From the NCBI GenBank assembly GCA_049513055.1, contig JBEKWN010000008.1:21669-85668 (forward strand): 64,000 nucleotides of DNA, read 5' to 3'. The notes beneath the pieces are model-generated. The model made no database searches and was not told the origin of the DNA. It saw only the letters and a list, made by a program, of their open reading frames with translations. How positions within the stretch are numbered: the stretch's first letter is position 1; the number at the start of each line of letters is the position of its first letter. This DNA is from Thermodesulfobacteriota bacterium (GTDB lineage Bacteria; Desulfobacterota; BSN033; UBA1163). Positions 26,747-36,750 of the stretch are shown here, in pieces. Both the position numbers and the translations under genes were made by a program.

Positions 26747-27661
26747 TTACCCCAACGTAATGGTATATTTATTAACCAGGTGGTGAGGGAAATAAGACTC
26801 CTTTGCCTTTCTCAAACCCTCTTCCCCTAAATCCTGTTCCCGATTGACATAGGTATATCCTGACCATTGATGTTCTAAAAAGGTCTGATTGATCGTAGGG
26901 TAGAGTCCCTCATAAGCCGGATTTGCCTTTTCAATGTGGATGACAACTGTTTCCGGATTAAGCGGATCTCCCATTGTAAAAGCTTCCACTTTTCCATTGA
27001 TCAGGATGGCTCCTCCCTTCACTCCTAACTCCCCAAAGTGGGTAAAGGCCTCTTTGATGGCGAAGGATTCGTTGAGCAAACCTGGGCTGGCCTCACAATG
27101 TCGGAGATCACACCACTCCGCTTCCAATTGAAGGCATTGTGGAATCCATTCAGGAGTGAGGGGGATATATTGATAGGAATATTTTTCCTGAAATTGTTTG
27201 ATATGATTCCTTTTCCGATGATATTTTCTGCCCTTCAATTCAATCAAGTCCAGGGTAAGGTAGACATAATCGCATTGATTTCGATCCAGTTCGGCCTTCA
27301 TACCCGATGTCTTCCAATCGATCTGAGTCACCCCGGCTTCAGGGACACGGACGATTTTAGGAAGCGTTACTTTTCGACCAAGATATTGAAGCAAACTCTG
27401 GTAACATTCTATCACATCTCCCTCTCCGATAGGAGGAAAGAAAAAAGAACTCTCTCCCTGCTCAGAGAGGAGGCATAGGAAATTTTGAAGACGACTGATT
27501 TTGATCTGATAGGCATGACGCCAGATGAAAAGATTGGTAAAGGTAAATTCTGAAATCTGAGGAGGGAATTGGGTGAAGAGTTGATCACAGAGAGGTTTGT
27601 CTTTGAGGGTTAAATCTTTTAACTGAGGAAATTCTGGCACACCACTCCATAATTCGTCCAT
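26747..27661 (-). CDS. DUF2156-like protein (MprF C-terminal lysyl-PG synthase-like GNAT-fold domain)
   Basis: About 300 aa. Resemblance is by composition only, not verified. Confidence 0.4.
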   Translation of the reverse strand: MDELWSGVPEFPQLKDLTLKDKPLCDQLFTQFPPQISEFTFTNLFIWRHAYQIKISRLQNFLCLLSEQGESSFFFPPIGEGDVIECYQSLLQYLGRKVTLPKIVRVPEAGVTQIDWKTSGMKAELDRNQCDYVYLTLDLIELKGRKYHRKRNHIKQFQEKYSYQYIPLTPEWIPQCLQLEAEWCDLRHCEASPGLLNESFAIKEAFTHFGELGVKGGAILINGKVEAFTMGDPLNPETVVIHIEKANPAYEGLYPTINQTFLEHQWSGYTYVNREQDLGEEGLRKAKESYFPHHLVNKYTITLG

Positions 27662-27690
27662 AAATGATTAGACTCCTTCCCTTACATGGA

Positions 27691-28047
27691 TCACCGGGTC
27701 AAATGGTCGACCATCGCGCAGACTTCCTTGAGATTAAAGGGTTTATGAATAAAACCATAAACGCCTGCCTCGATGGCCTCTTTGAGGAAGGGGTCCCCCC
27801 TTTCTGAAACAATTAGAAGGATTCTTGGTCGGCAGGGGTTCTGAATCTCGAACAGTAGCCCCTTTTCTTTAACCCCGGGACTATCTATATTTAAGATGAG
27901 GATATTGAGATGTTCTTCAGAAAGGTAAGGTTTGATCTGATAACCGCTATCTAATGTGATAACCTGGTGACCTTCTCTCTCTAAACATTCCCTTAAATAA
28001 CCTCGACTGGCTAGTTCGTGGTCGACAATACAAATCTTGCTTGTCAT
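27691..28047 (-). CDS. Single-domain response regulator (REC)
   Basis: CIVDHE...ILNIDSPG...KP receiver topology. Confidence 0.65.
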   Translation of the reverse strand: MTSKICIVDHELASRGYLRECLEREGHQVITLDSGYQIKPYLSEEHLNILILNIDSPGVKEKGLLFEIQNPCRPRILLIVSERGDPFLKEAIEAGVYGFIHKPFNLKEVCAMVDHLTR

Positions 28048-28099
28048 AATTATCCCCTTCTAAGTTGAGTGCACTCAGTTAGTCTTTGGGAAGGGGATA

Positions 28100-28243
28100 T
28101 TACCTTTTCTGTTCGAGTCGATTCTCCATAATCACTTTATCGACGATCTCGCCACAGAAAATGCATCTCCATCCGAAAAACTCTTCACATATACCGTAGA
28201 ATTTTTCGAAGACCATGGCTCCACCACAACGATAACACTTCAT
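28100..28243 (-). CDS. YgiT-type Cys4 zinc-finger small protein of 47 aa (MKCYRCGGAMVFEKFYGICEEFFGWRCIFCGEIVDKVIMENRLEQKR), paralog of 4175..4351
   Basis: First 40 codons nearly identical at the DNA level to the copy at 4175..4351. GGAGG RBS. Confidence 0.5.
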   Translation of the reverse strand: MKCYRCGGAMVFEKFYGICEEFFGWRCIFCGEIVDKVIMENRLEQKR

Positions 28244-28281
28244 AATAATAAACCTCCAATGTTTAAGTTATTTGAATTAAA

Positions 28282-28298
28282 AGCAATTTTTATACCAA
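28282..28298 (-). promoter_or_regulatory. Candidate sigma-54 (-24/-12) promoter TTGGTAT-N5-ATTGCT about 30 nt upstream of the YgiT-2/RR pair
   Basis: The minus strand reads ttTTGGTATAAAAATTGCTTt. GG-N10-GC spacing matches the TGGCAC-N5-TTGC(A/T) consensus. An NtrC-family activator gene lies immediately upstream. Confidence 0.4.
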
Positions 28299-28487
28299 AA
28301 ATTAGATTTTCTCAGGATATCGATAAGTTAGCGATTTTCAAGAAGTTGAGGATTGGTAGGGAATATGGTTTGGATAGAAAATTTGTATAATTTTAAACAA
28401 AAAATTTTTAGATTTTAAGTTTATTGATTAAAAAATATTTATATTTTAATAAGTTACAAATATGTCTATTTTTAGACATTTATTGTA

Positions 28488-29906
28488 TCAATTTTGGTCC
28501 TTTTCCAACCCATACCGTTTCATCTTTCCATAAAGGGTAGAACGATTAATGTTAAGTATTTTCGCTGCCTTATGCTTATTCCAATTCGTTTCTTGTAAAG
28601 TTTTTAAAATTAGGCTCTTTTCATAATCTTGAAGGGTTGTGGATTCCTGTGTGGGCAAAGGCCTTTGGAGAAGGAATTGAGGAAGGTCTTTTGTTAATAT
28701 CTTATTCTGTTTGGCGATGATGATCGCATGGTCAATGGCATTCTCTAATTCACGTACATTTCCAGGCCAAGAGTGTGCGAGGAGAATCTCCATGACTTCA
28801 GGAGAAAAACTGGTAACTTCTTTTCCCCTCTCATGGATGAATTTTTGTAGGAAATGAGAGGCCAGAACTGGGATATCATCTTTTCTCTCACGAAGGGGTG
28901 GGACGAAAATGGGAATGACATTGAGTCGATAATAGAGGTCTTCTCTGAAGGTACCCTTCTTCATCTCCTCGGTCAGATTTTTGTTCGTCGCAGCGATCAC
29001 CCGGACGTCCACCTCCAGGGTCTCCTCTCCACCGACCCTCTCAAAACGGTGATCTTGCAGGACCCGAAGGAGCAGGATCTGGGTGGGAGGAGAAACCTCA
29101 CCAATCTCATCGAGGAATATCGTTCCTCCATTCGCCATTTCAAACCGGCCAATCTTTCGCCGGATGGCCCCAGTGAAAGACCCTTTTTCATGACCGAAGA
29201 GTTCACTTTCCAAAAGGTTCTGAGAATAGGCTGAACAATTAGCGACGACAAAGGGTTTGTTTTTCCGATGGCTGTTAAAATGGATCGCCCTTGCGATCAA
29301 TTCCTTTCCTGTACCGCTTTCACCCTGGATGAGGACGGTTGAATCTGTGTTCGCAATATCCGAGATCAACTCAAAGATTTCTTGCATTCGGGTATTTTTC
29401 CCGAGGATGTTTCCGAAACTGTATCGTTTCTCCAATGCCTGGGTGAGGAGAATATTTTTATCCTTCTCCCTCTTCAGTTCATCATGGAGATCTTTAATCC
29501 GCAGCATCACTCTCACCTTGGCCAGCAATTCTTCATTAATAAATGGCTTGGTGAGGTAGTCATCCGCTCCCAGATTGAGGCTGTTGATCTTATCCTGAAG
29601 GCTTGATCGAACGGTGAGGATGATGACCGGGATGAATTTCAGTTTTTCATCCTCCTTGATCTTGAGGCAGATATCTCTTCCATCTACATCGCCCAGCAAG
29701 ATATCGAGGAGGATCAGATCGACTGGCGTCTCCGATTCTGGAACTTTTTGACTTTCCACCTCTAAGATTCTCAGCGCTTCATCCCCGGAGAGGGCAGGGA
29801 GGACTTGATATCCTTCCAATTCCAGGAGCGCAGTGATCATCCCCACGGTATCCATCTCATCATCGACAACCAATATTTTTTTCGCCTCTCTATCTTTCAT
29901 TCCCAT
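28488..29906 (-). CDS. Sigma-54-dependent transcriptional activator (NtrC family: REC, AAA+, Fis-type HTH)
   Basis: GESGTGKE Walker A, GAFTGA-like ESELFGHEKGSFTGA, C-terminal HTH. The probable start is internal (MGMKDRE). Confidence 0.85.
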   Translation of the reverse strand: MGMKDREAKKILVVDDEMDTVGMITALLELEGYQVLPALSGDEALRILEVESQKVPESETPVDLILLDILLGDVDGRDICLKIKEDEKLKFIPVIILTVRSSLQDKINSLNLGADDYLTKPFINEELLAKVRVMLRIKDLHDELKREKDKNILLTQALEKRYSFGNILGKNTRMQEIFELISDIANTDSTVLIQGESGTGKELIARAIHFNSHRKNKPFVVANCSAYSQNLLESELFGHEKGSFTGAIRRKIGRFEMANGGTIFLDEIGEVSPPTQILLLRVLQDHRFERVGGEETLEVDVRVIAATNKNLTEEMKKGTFREDLYYRLNVIPIFVPPLRERKDDIPVLASHFLQKFIHERGKEVTSFSPEVMEILLAHSWPGNVRELENAIDHAIIIAKQNKILTKDLPQFLLQRPLPTQESTTLQDYEKSLILKTLQETNWNKHKAAKILNINRSTLYGKMKRYGLEKDQN

Positions 29907-30129
29907 TTCCAAGATCCAAATTGTACGATCTCTTGATCGAAGACAATATCGCTGAAAGATCATTGAATGTCAATCGTAATTTGGGATCCACCTCCATTTG
30001 ACATAGAGATGGGTAAATTGTATCATGGCTTATCTGGTGCATAAATCCGATAGGCATATTATCGTATTACTTGGTGAGCGTTCCGTGAACAAGAGGCTCA
30101 CTTTTTTTTAACCCCCATCCAGAGGAGGA

Positions 30130-31737
30130 TTGGAGAATTCAGCAATGTCACGCAAAGGATGTAGCATGATTCGTGATAGGAGGCTTTATCCCCTAGTGCT
30201 CGCCATTATTTTTCTCCATTGCGGATGCGCCGTTGGACCTGATTTCACTCGTCCTCCGGTAAATGTTTCGCAAACCTGGCTGGATGCAGGTGATCAGCGT
30301 GTGAAAACAGAACCGGCAGACTACCGCAACTGGTGGCGGGCATTCAATGATGCGGTCCTGGACCGGCTCATTGACAGGGCTTATCGGGAGAACCTATCTC
30401 TTAGGATCGCGGGTGTCCGGGTACTGGAAGCCAGGGCCCAGCTCGGCATCGCCGTTGGAGGACTTTTCCCTCAGATCCAGCAGGCCTTCGGTTTCCTGCA
30501 GTATAACCGGACGAGCGAACGTGCCCCCAACTTTACCTCTTCTCTTTTGAACTTCCGGCAATCCGAGCTTGGGTTTCAAGCCGCCTGGGAACTCGACTTT
30601 TGGGGGAAGTTCAAGCGGGCGATTGAGTCCGCCGATGCCAGTTTACTCGCAACGGTCGCCGACTATGACAACGCGCTAGTGAGTCTTACGGCGGATGTAG
30701 CGAATTCTTACGTCTTGATAAGGACCCTTGAGAAGCGGCTCGATATTGCCCGTCAAAACGTAGAGACGCAGAAGGAGAACCTGAAGATCGCGGACGCCCG
30801 GTTCCGTTACGGCACAACCTCGCAATTGGATGTGGAGCAAGCAAAAACGGTGCTGAACAATACCCTGGCTTCCATCCCTGCCCTCGAAACCCAACTGCGG
30901 CAGGCTAAGAACGCCCTTAGCGTATTGCTGGGTTTGCCGCCGAGCGGTTTGGCGGACATTCTGGAAGGCTCTTTGGAGATTCCTGTCTCACCACCTGAAG
31001 TAGTAGTGGGCATCCCTGCCGACCTCCTTCGACGGCGGTCGGATATTCGGAGTGCAGAACTTCGGGCAGCGGCTCAATGCGCCCAAATCGGTGTGGCCAA
31101 AGCGGATCTCTATCCCGCTTTTTCACTCACAGGAACTTTTGGATTTCTCTCGAGTGATGTTGGGAAATTTAATTTGAGCGACATGTTTCAGTGGAAGAGC
31201 CGTACTGCACAGGCTGGGCCTTCCGTCCAATGGAATATCCTCAATTATGGGCGGATCACGAACAATGTTCGGGTCCAGGATGCCAGGTTCCAGGAGTTGC
31301 TTATCACTTATCAGAACACTGTTCTCACAGCCCAACAGGAGGTGGAGGATAATCTGGTAGCTTTTCTAAGGGCTCAGGAGCGGGCCGAATTTTTGGCCCG
31401 GAGCGTAGCAGCCGCCAAGCGTTCTCTCGATCTCGCAGTCCTGCAGTATCGAGAAGGCACTAAAGATTTTACGACCGTCCTGATCGCCCAGCAAGCTCTT
31501 TTGAATGAGCAGGACAATCTAGCAACCACCCTGGGCAATGTTTCAAGCAGTCTTGTGGGAGTTTACCGGGCCCTGGGTGGCGGTTGGGAGATTAGAGGAG
31601 GAAAGGACTTGGTGCCCTCTGAGATCAAGGGGGAGATGGCAAAGCGCACCAGTTGGGGGAAATTGCTCGCTCCGGCATCATATAATCCGCCAGTCTCCGA
31701 GGAGCCCAAATCCCTGATTCGGCCTCCCGATTGGTAG
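30130..31737 (+). CDS. RND efflux outer-membrane factor (NodT/OprM/TolC family lipoprotein)
   Basis: Lipoprotein-like N-terminus (HCGC). Two OEP repeats. Confidence 0.85.
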   Translation: MENSAMSRKGCSMIRDRRLYPLVLAIIFLHCGCAVGPDFTRPPVNVSQTWLDAGDQRVKTEPADYRNWWRAFNDAVLDRLIDRAYRENLSLRIAGVRVLEARAQLGIAVGGLFPQIQQAFGFLQYNRTSERAPNFTSSLLNFRQSELGFQAAWELDFWGKFKRAIESADASLLATVADYDNALVSLTADVANSYVLIRTLEKRLDIARQNVETQKENLKIADARFRYGTTSQLDVEQAKTVLNNTLASIPALETQLRQAKNALSVLLGLPPSGLADILEGSLEIPVSPPEVVVGIPADLLRRRSDIRSAELRAAAQCAQIGVAKADLYPAFSLTGTFGFLSSDVGKFNLSDMFQWKSRTAQAGPSVQWNILNYGRITNNVRVQDARFQELLITYQNTVLTAQQEVEDNLVAFLRAQERAEFLARSVAAAKRSLDLAVLQYREGTKDFTTVLIAQQALLNEQDNLATTLGNVSSSLVGVYRALGGGWEIRGGKDLVPSEIKGEMAKRTSWGKLLAPASYNPPVSEEPKSLIRPPDW

Positions 31738-31794
31738 CAGCGTAAAAGTCAGGATGGAAGCCTTTAGAGTGACAGAAGATATGGAGATATAGTA

Positions 31795-32997
31795 ATGGTT
31801 TGCCTAAAAAGAGAGACCTATCGCCCAATTCAAGAAGTTTTAGCTTGCGTAATATGTCTGATGCTCCTTGTTTATGTGGTGGCATGCAAAGAAAAAACCT
31901 CCCCCCCACCGCCTCCGCCCACTGTCACGGTCGCTCAACCCGTCCAACAGACAGTGACGGACTACCTCGAACTAACCGGTAATACACAGGCCATCAAGAC
32001 GGTGCAACTGGTCGCCCGGGTCTCGGGTTACCTGGAAAAGGTCTTCTTCCAAGACGGGCAACTGGTAAAAGAGGGTCAATTGCTCTTTCTCATTCAGCAG
32101 AACACGTACCAGGACAACCTGCGGCAAACCGAGGCAGCAATTTTACAGCAGAAGGCCCAGCTGGAGTATGCCGAAATTCAATTGGCCCGTTATTCTAAGT
32201 TGGTTCAGGAGAAGGCGGCTTCTCAAACCGACGTAGACAACTGGCGGTATCAAAGGGATTCCGCCCAGGCCAACCTGCAGGCGGCGGAAGCGCAACATGA
32301 CCTGGCCAAACTCAATTTGGGCTATACGGAGGTCAGATCTCCTTTTGATGGAAGGATCGATCGGAGGCAGAAAGATCCTGGTAACCTGGTAGGGTCAGGT
32401 GAAAATACGGTCCTGGCAGAGATCAACCAGATCAATCCCATCTATGTCTATTTCAACATCAGCGATGCGGATGTAGCCCGCCTGATAGGAGAGGCTCATT
32501 GGACGCCAGGCCAGGCTCGTGCCATAAAATGGCCGGTCTTCGTGGGCCTCCTTACCGAAAAAGAGTATCCTCACAAAGGCCAGCTCGATTTTGCATCCAT
32601 TAGCCTCACCCCCACCACCGGTACCTTGCTGATGCGCGGAGTCTTCTCAAACCCTGACGGGAAGATCCTGCCGGGACTCTATGCCCGGGTGCATTTGCCT
32701 GTTAAGGAAGGACCTGCTTTTCTGGTGCCTCAGGAAGCTATCGGATATGACCAGCGCGGATCATATGTGTTGGTGGTGAACGAAAATAACGTGGTGCAAC
32801 GTTCCAGCGTCAGAATTGGCACACTGGTGGACCATCTGCGTGTCGTCGAAGAAGGTCTAACGGGAAAGGAATGGGTTGTCATAAGGGGCGTGCAGAAAGC
32901 CATTCCCGGACGACCCGTGACCCCGGAAAAGCAGGATTTACGGGCCTCCGGCGGAAGTTTTGCTCAATCCCCAAATCCGAAGAGGGCGTCACCATGA
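31795..32997 (+). CDS. RND efflux periplasmic adaptor (membrane fusion protein, AcrA/MexA family)
   Basis: Signal anchor, coiled-coil hairpin and beta-barrel motifs typical of MFPs. Confidence 0.85.
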   Translation: MVCLKRETYRPIQEVLACVICLMLLVYVVACKEKTSPPPPPPTVTVAQPVQQTVTDYLELTGNTQAIKTVQLVARVSGYLEKVFFQDGQLVKEGQLLFLIQQNTYQDNLRQTEAAILQQKAQLEYAEIQLARYSKLVQEKAASQTDVDNWRYQRDSAQANLQAAEAQHDLAKLNLGYTEVRSPFDGRIDRRQKDPGNLVGSGENTVLAEINQINPIYVYFNISDADVARLIGEAHWTPGQARAIKWPVFVGLLTEKEYPHKGQLDFASISLTPTTGTLLMRGVFSNPDGKILPGLYARVHLPVKEGPAFLVPQEAIGYDQRGSYVLVVNENNVVQRSSVRIGTLVDHLRVVEEGLTGKEWVVIRGVQKAIPGRPVTPEKQDLRASGGSFAQSPNPKRASP

Positions 32998-35900
32998 TTT
33001 CTAAGTTCTTTATCGAGCGGCCGATCCTCGCTAATGTCGTCGCTTTTGTCACCATCGTTATCGGGATAGTAAGCTACTACCACCTGCCGGTAGAGCAGTA
33101 TCCTCCGATTACGCCGCCGACGATTCAGGTAACCACCAGTTATCCGGGAGCGAGTGCCGCAGTCATTGCAGACATAATAGGAGTACCCATCGAACAGGCG
33201 GTCAACGGTGTTGAGCATTCCATTTACATGTCCTCCAAAAGCAGTAGCGACGGCTCCTATACTCTGACCATTACCTTTGACGTGGGGACCGATCTTAATA
33301 CATCTCTTGCCCTCGTCCAAAATCAGGTCAACACCGCACTGGCACAGCTGCCGCCAGCCGTTGCGCAGCAAGGGGTTAATGTAAGGAAAGTTTCCACTAA
33401 CATCTTGCTAATTGTCAGTTTATACTCCGATGACAACCGGTTTGACGAAGCCTTTCTCTCCAACTACGCCATCATCAATATGCAGAATCCACTGGCCCGG
33501 CTGGAAGGCATTGGCCAGGTAAGGGTTTTCGGGGCTGGCCCTTATAGTATGCGAGTCTGGTTGGACCCAAAGAGACTCCAGGATTTCAACCTTACCACCC
33601 AGGATGTCCTGAGCGCCATCGGAGGCCAGAATATTCAGGTCGCGGCAGGAAAACTGGGTGCTCCTCCTGTACCAAGGGATCAGGTCTTTCAGTTTACCAT
33701 TAACAGCCTGGGCCGGCTGTCCGATGCCGAACAGTTTGAAAACGTCATTGTCAAGAGCGGTCGCGGCGTGACTGCCCAGATTGTACGCTTGCGCGATATT
33801 GGGCGCGTTGATCTGGGCCAACAGTATTACTCAAACTTTGCTAATATGCGCGGACTCAGCTCAGCCCAGATCCCCATCTTCGCCCTTCCCGAGGCCAACG
33901 CCATCGCCGTCGCTAACGAAGTTTACAAGGCCGTGAAAGAAATGTCCAAGGATTTCCCCGAAGGTCTGAAGTACACGATCCGCTTCGACACCACCACGTT
34001 CATCCGTCAGGCAGTATCCAAGGTGTATGAAACGCTTTTCGAAGCGGGCATTCTGGTCCTTATCGTGATCATGGTATTTCTGCAGAGTTTCCGGGGAATG
34101 CTTGTTCCCGCCACTACTGTGCCGGTGACCATTATCGGCGGTTTTGCTGCTATGATCGCGCTCGGATTCACCATCAATCTAATGACCTTATTCGCTTTGA
34201 TTCTGACCATTGGCATCGTGGTCGACGACGCCATCGTCATTGTGGAAAACAGCGCCTATTATATCGAGAAGGGTCTATCTCCAAAAGACGCTGCGATTAA
34301 GGCGATGAGCGAGCTGACCGGCCCGATTATGGGCATTACCATGGCACTGGTCTCGGTTTTCCTGCCTGCGGCCTTTTTACCCGGCATCACAGGACAGATC
34401 TTTCGGCAATTCGCCCTGGTGATTGCTTCGACTGCGGTGATCAGCGCCATTAATGCCCTGACCTTAAAACCGGCCCAGTGTGCCCTGTGGCTCCGGCCCA
34501 GGGGGGAGAAGCAGTTAAATTGGTTTTATCGTGGCTTCAATAAAGTTTATCAGGATATGAAGGATCCCTACATGGGGATGGTTCGCTGGATGGTAAAACG
34601 GGCGGGACTTATGGTCGTGTTTTTTCTCGTCATCATCGCCATTTCTGGCTGGCTATTTGCTCGTTGGCCCACTGGCTTTCTTCCTACCGAGGACCAGGGC
34701 TATGGCATTCTCTTCACCCGTCTGCCGGACGGGGCCGCTCAGCCGAGGGCACGGGAGGTATCAGAGAAAATCGACGATATCCTCAAGAAAACCCCCGGTG
34801 TCGCCAACTGGATTACGATCGGTGGTTATTCCTTCCTGGACGCGGCCAATGTCTCCACGATTTCAAGTACTTTTGTCACTTACAAAGACTGGAGTGAACG
34901 CGGCTCCGCCCTAAGTCAGGATAAGATCATCGCCCGTCTTAACCGCGACCTTTCTGCCATCCAGGAAGCGGTGGCGTTTGTGGTGATTCCACCGCCCATC
35001 AGAGGGTTAGGCCAGACGGGGGGCTTTCAGATGATGGTGCAAGACCGGAAAGACATCGGTCCCCAGGAACTCCAGAGGGCCACAAATGACCTTATCCAGG
35101 CGGGCAACTCCCAGAAGAGTTTACAGAACCTCACCACCACCTTTAACATCAACAGCCCCCAACTCTACCTGGACATTGATAGGACGAAGGCTCAGTCCTT
35201 TCAAGTTCCGCTGAATAACGTGTTTGAGACGCTCCAGGCCTACCTGGGCTCCTCCTTCGTCAATCTCTTCAACAAGTTCAATCAGGTGTACCAGGTCTAC
35301 ATCCAGGCAAACGACAGCTACCGGGTGAAACCAGAGGACATTAAGAACCTATATACCCGAAATGCCAATGGGGAAATGGTACCCCTCGGCAGCGTTGTAG
35401 AGGTCAGACGTTCCCAGGGCTCCGAATTGATCACTCGCTACAACCTTTATCCGGCAGCCGCCATCTTTGGATCCGTTGCTCCAGGATTCACCTCGGGACA
35501 GGCCCTCAAACTGATGGAAGAACTGGGGACGAATGTTCTGCCGCGGGGAGCCGGCTATGAGTGGACCGCTACGAGCTATCAGGAAAAGAAGGTTGGCCAT
35601 CAGGCATACTTCATTTACGCCCTCTCCGTCACCTTGGTCTTCATGGTGCTGGCCGCACTGTATGAGAGCTGGACATCTCCAGCGGCTGTCATTCTGGCAG
35701 TACCCATGGCATTGGTCGGGGTTCTCCTCGGTCTCATCATTCGAGGACTTGACAACAATCTCTACACACAGATAGGCCTGGTGCTGATGATCGCCCTGGC
35801 CAGTAAGAACGCCATCCTCATTGTTGAGTTTGCACGGGACCTGCAACGGGAAGGCATGTCTGTGACCGAGGCGGCCATCGAGGCAACGAGCCGGCGCTTT

Positions 35901-36170
35901 CGCCCCATCGTGATGACTTCCTTTGCCTTCATCCTGGGAGTGGCTCCCCTGCTATTCGCAAGGGGCGCTGGCGCTGCCAGCCAGCAGGCGATCGGCACAG
36001 TCGTCTTTGGGGGCATGATCGCGTCTACATTACTTGCCATCCCATTTGTGCCTGTTTTCTACGTGATCACGCAACGCCTGACCGAACGACGAAGAAAAGG
36101 CAAAACCTCTTCACTGCCAACCGGAGATACTGAGTACCCAAGGCGGGAAGACAAAGGAATGAAGCGGTGA
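32994..36170 (+). CDS. RND efflux permease (AcrB/MexB-like, HAE1 family)
   Basis: Start MISKFFIERPILANVVAF at 32994 (ATGA overlap with the MFP stop). About 1058 aa, 12 TM. Confidence 0.9.
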   Translation: MISKFFIERPILANVVAFVTIVIGIVSYYHLPVEQYPPITPPTIQVTTSYPGASAAVIADIIGVPIEQAVNGVEHSIYMSSKSSSDGSYTLTITFDVGTDLNTSLALVQNQVNTALAQLPPAVAQQGVNVRKVSTNILLIVSLYSDDNRFDEAFLSNYAIINMQNPLARLEGIGQVRVFGAGPYSMRVWLDPKRLQDFNLTTQDVLSAIGGQNIQVAAGKLGAPPVPRDQVFQFTINSLGRLSDAEQFENVIVKSGRGVTAQIVRLRDIGRVDLGQQYYSNFANMRGLSSAQIPIFALPEANAIAVANEVYKAVKEMSKDFPEGLKYTIRFDTTTFIRQAVSKVYETLFEAGILVLIVIMVFLQSFRGMLVPATTVPVTIIGGFAAMIALGFTINLMTLFALILTIGIVVDDAIVIVENSAYYIEKGLSPKDAAIKAMSELTGPIMGITMALVSVFLPAAFLPGITGQIFRQFALVIASTAVISAINALTLKPAQCALWLRPRGEKQLNWFYRGFNKVYQDMKDPYMGMVRWMVKRAGLMVVFFLVIIAISGWLFARWPTGFLPTEDQGYGILFTRLPDGAAQPRAREVSEKIDDILKKTPGVANWITIGGYSFLDAANVSTISSTFVTYKDWSERGSALSQDKIIARLNRDLSAIQEAVAFVVIPPPIRGLGQTGGFQMMVQDRKDIGPQELQRATNDLIQAGNSQKSLQNLTTTFNINSPQLYLDIDRTKAQSFQVPLNNVFETLQAYLGSSFVNLFNKFNQVYQVYIQANDSYRVKPEDIKNLYTRNANGEMVPLGSVVEVRRSQGSELITRYNLYPAAAIFGSVAPGFTSGQALKLMEELGTNVLPRGAGYEWTATSYQEKKVGHQAYFIYALSVTLVFMVLAALYESWTSPAAVILAVPMALVGVLLGLIIRGLDNNLYTQIGLVLMIALASKNAILIVEFARDLQREGMSVTEAAIEATSRRFRPIVMTSFAFILGVAPLLFARGAGAASQQAIGTVVFGGMIASTLLAIPFVPVFYVITQRLTERRRKGKTSSLPTGDTEYPRREDKGMKR

Positions 36171-36203
36171 TATGCCCGGGTAAGGGAATCCTCCTCAGAG
36201 AAG

Positions 36204-36683
36204 TTAGCTGGTTTCACACGGTGGGACTTTTTCAGTAAGTTTCTTCTTCTTTGCTGGCGTCAGTTCCTCTTTGACCTCCCAGCCCTTTTTAGCAAAGGAG
36301 TCCTGTCCCTTAATCAGAAGCCAGTTCTTCCTGGTTCCTCTCCCTTTCATTAAAATGAGAGAAAAGCCACCCTTTAATTTTTTCCCATTTAAGGTGAAGC
36401 TGAGTCTTCCCTTTTTCAGAGCGGATTCTGGATCTCCTTCCGGTTGAAACTCACCTGAGTCCCAGATGAGAACCGCTCCAGCTCCATAGTGTCCCAGAGG
36501 AATGATTCCCTCAAAATCTCCATATTCAAAAGGATGATCATCTACCATGACAGCAAGCCGCTTATCGGATGGGTTCATAGAAGGGCCCTTGGGAATGGCC
36601 CAAGATTTAAGAACCCCGGAGATCTCCAGTCGAAAATCGTAATGGAGACGTGTGGCATGATGTTCATGGACGACAAATCTCAT
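36204..36683 (-). CDS. Stand-alone DNA ligase D 3'-phosphoesterase (LigD PE) domain protein
   Basis: FVVHEHHATRLHYDFRLE...WAIPKGPS...DHPFEYGDFEGIIP...YGAG, the LigD_N/PE signature. Confidence 0.75.
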   Translation of the reverse strand: MRFVVHEHHATRLHYDFRLEISGVLKSWAIPKGPSMNPSDKRLAVMVDDHPFEYGDFEGIIPLGHYGAGAVLIWDSGEFQPEGDPESALKKGRLSFTLNGKKLKGGFSLILMKGRGTRKNWLLIKGQDSFAKKGWEVKEELTPAKKKKLTEKVPPCETS

Positions 36684-36750
36684 GTTTTTTATCCACCTCC
36701 CAGCTATATCATTCTATAAAAAAAATTTAAAATAAATTTTTTAAAATTGC

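Noticed and set aside
34007-34450. Minus-strand ORFs inside the RND permease gene
   Set aside because: Antisense shadows. The RND reading frame is continuous and strongly conserved.
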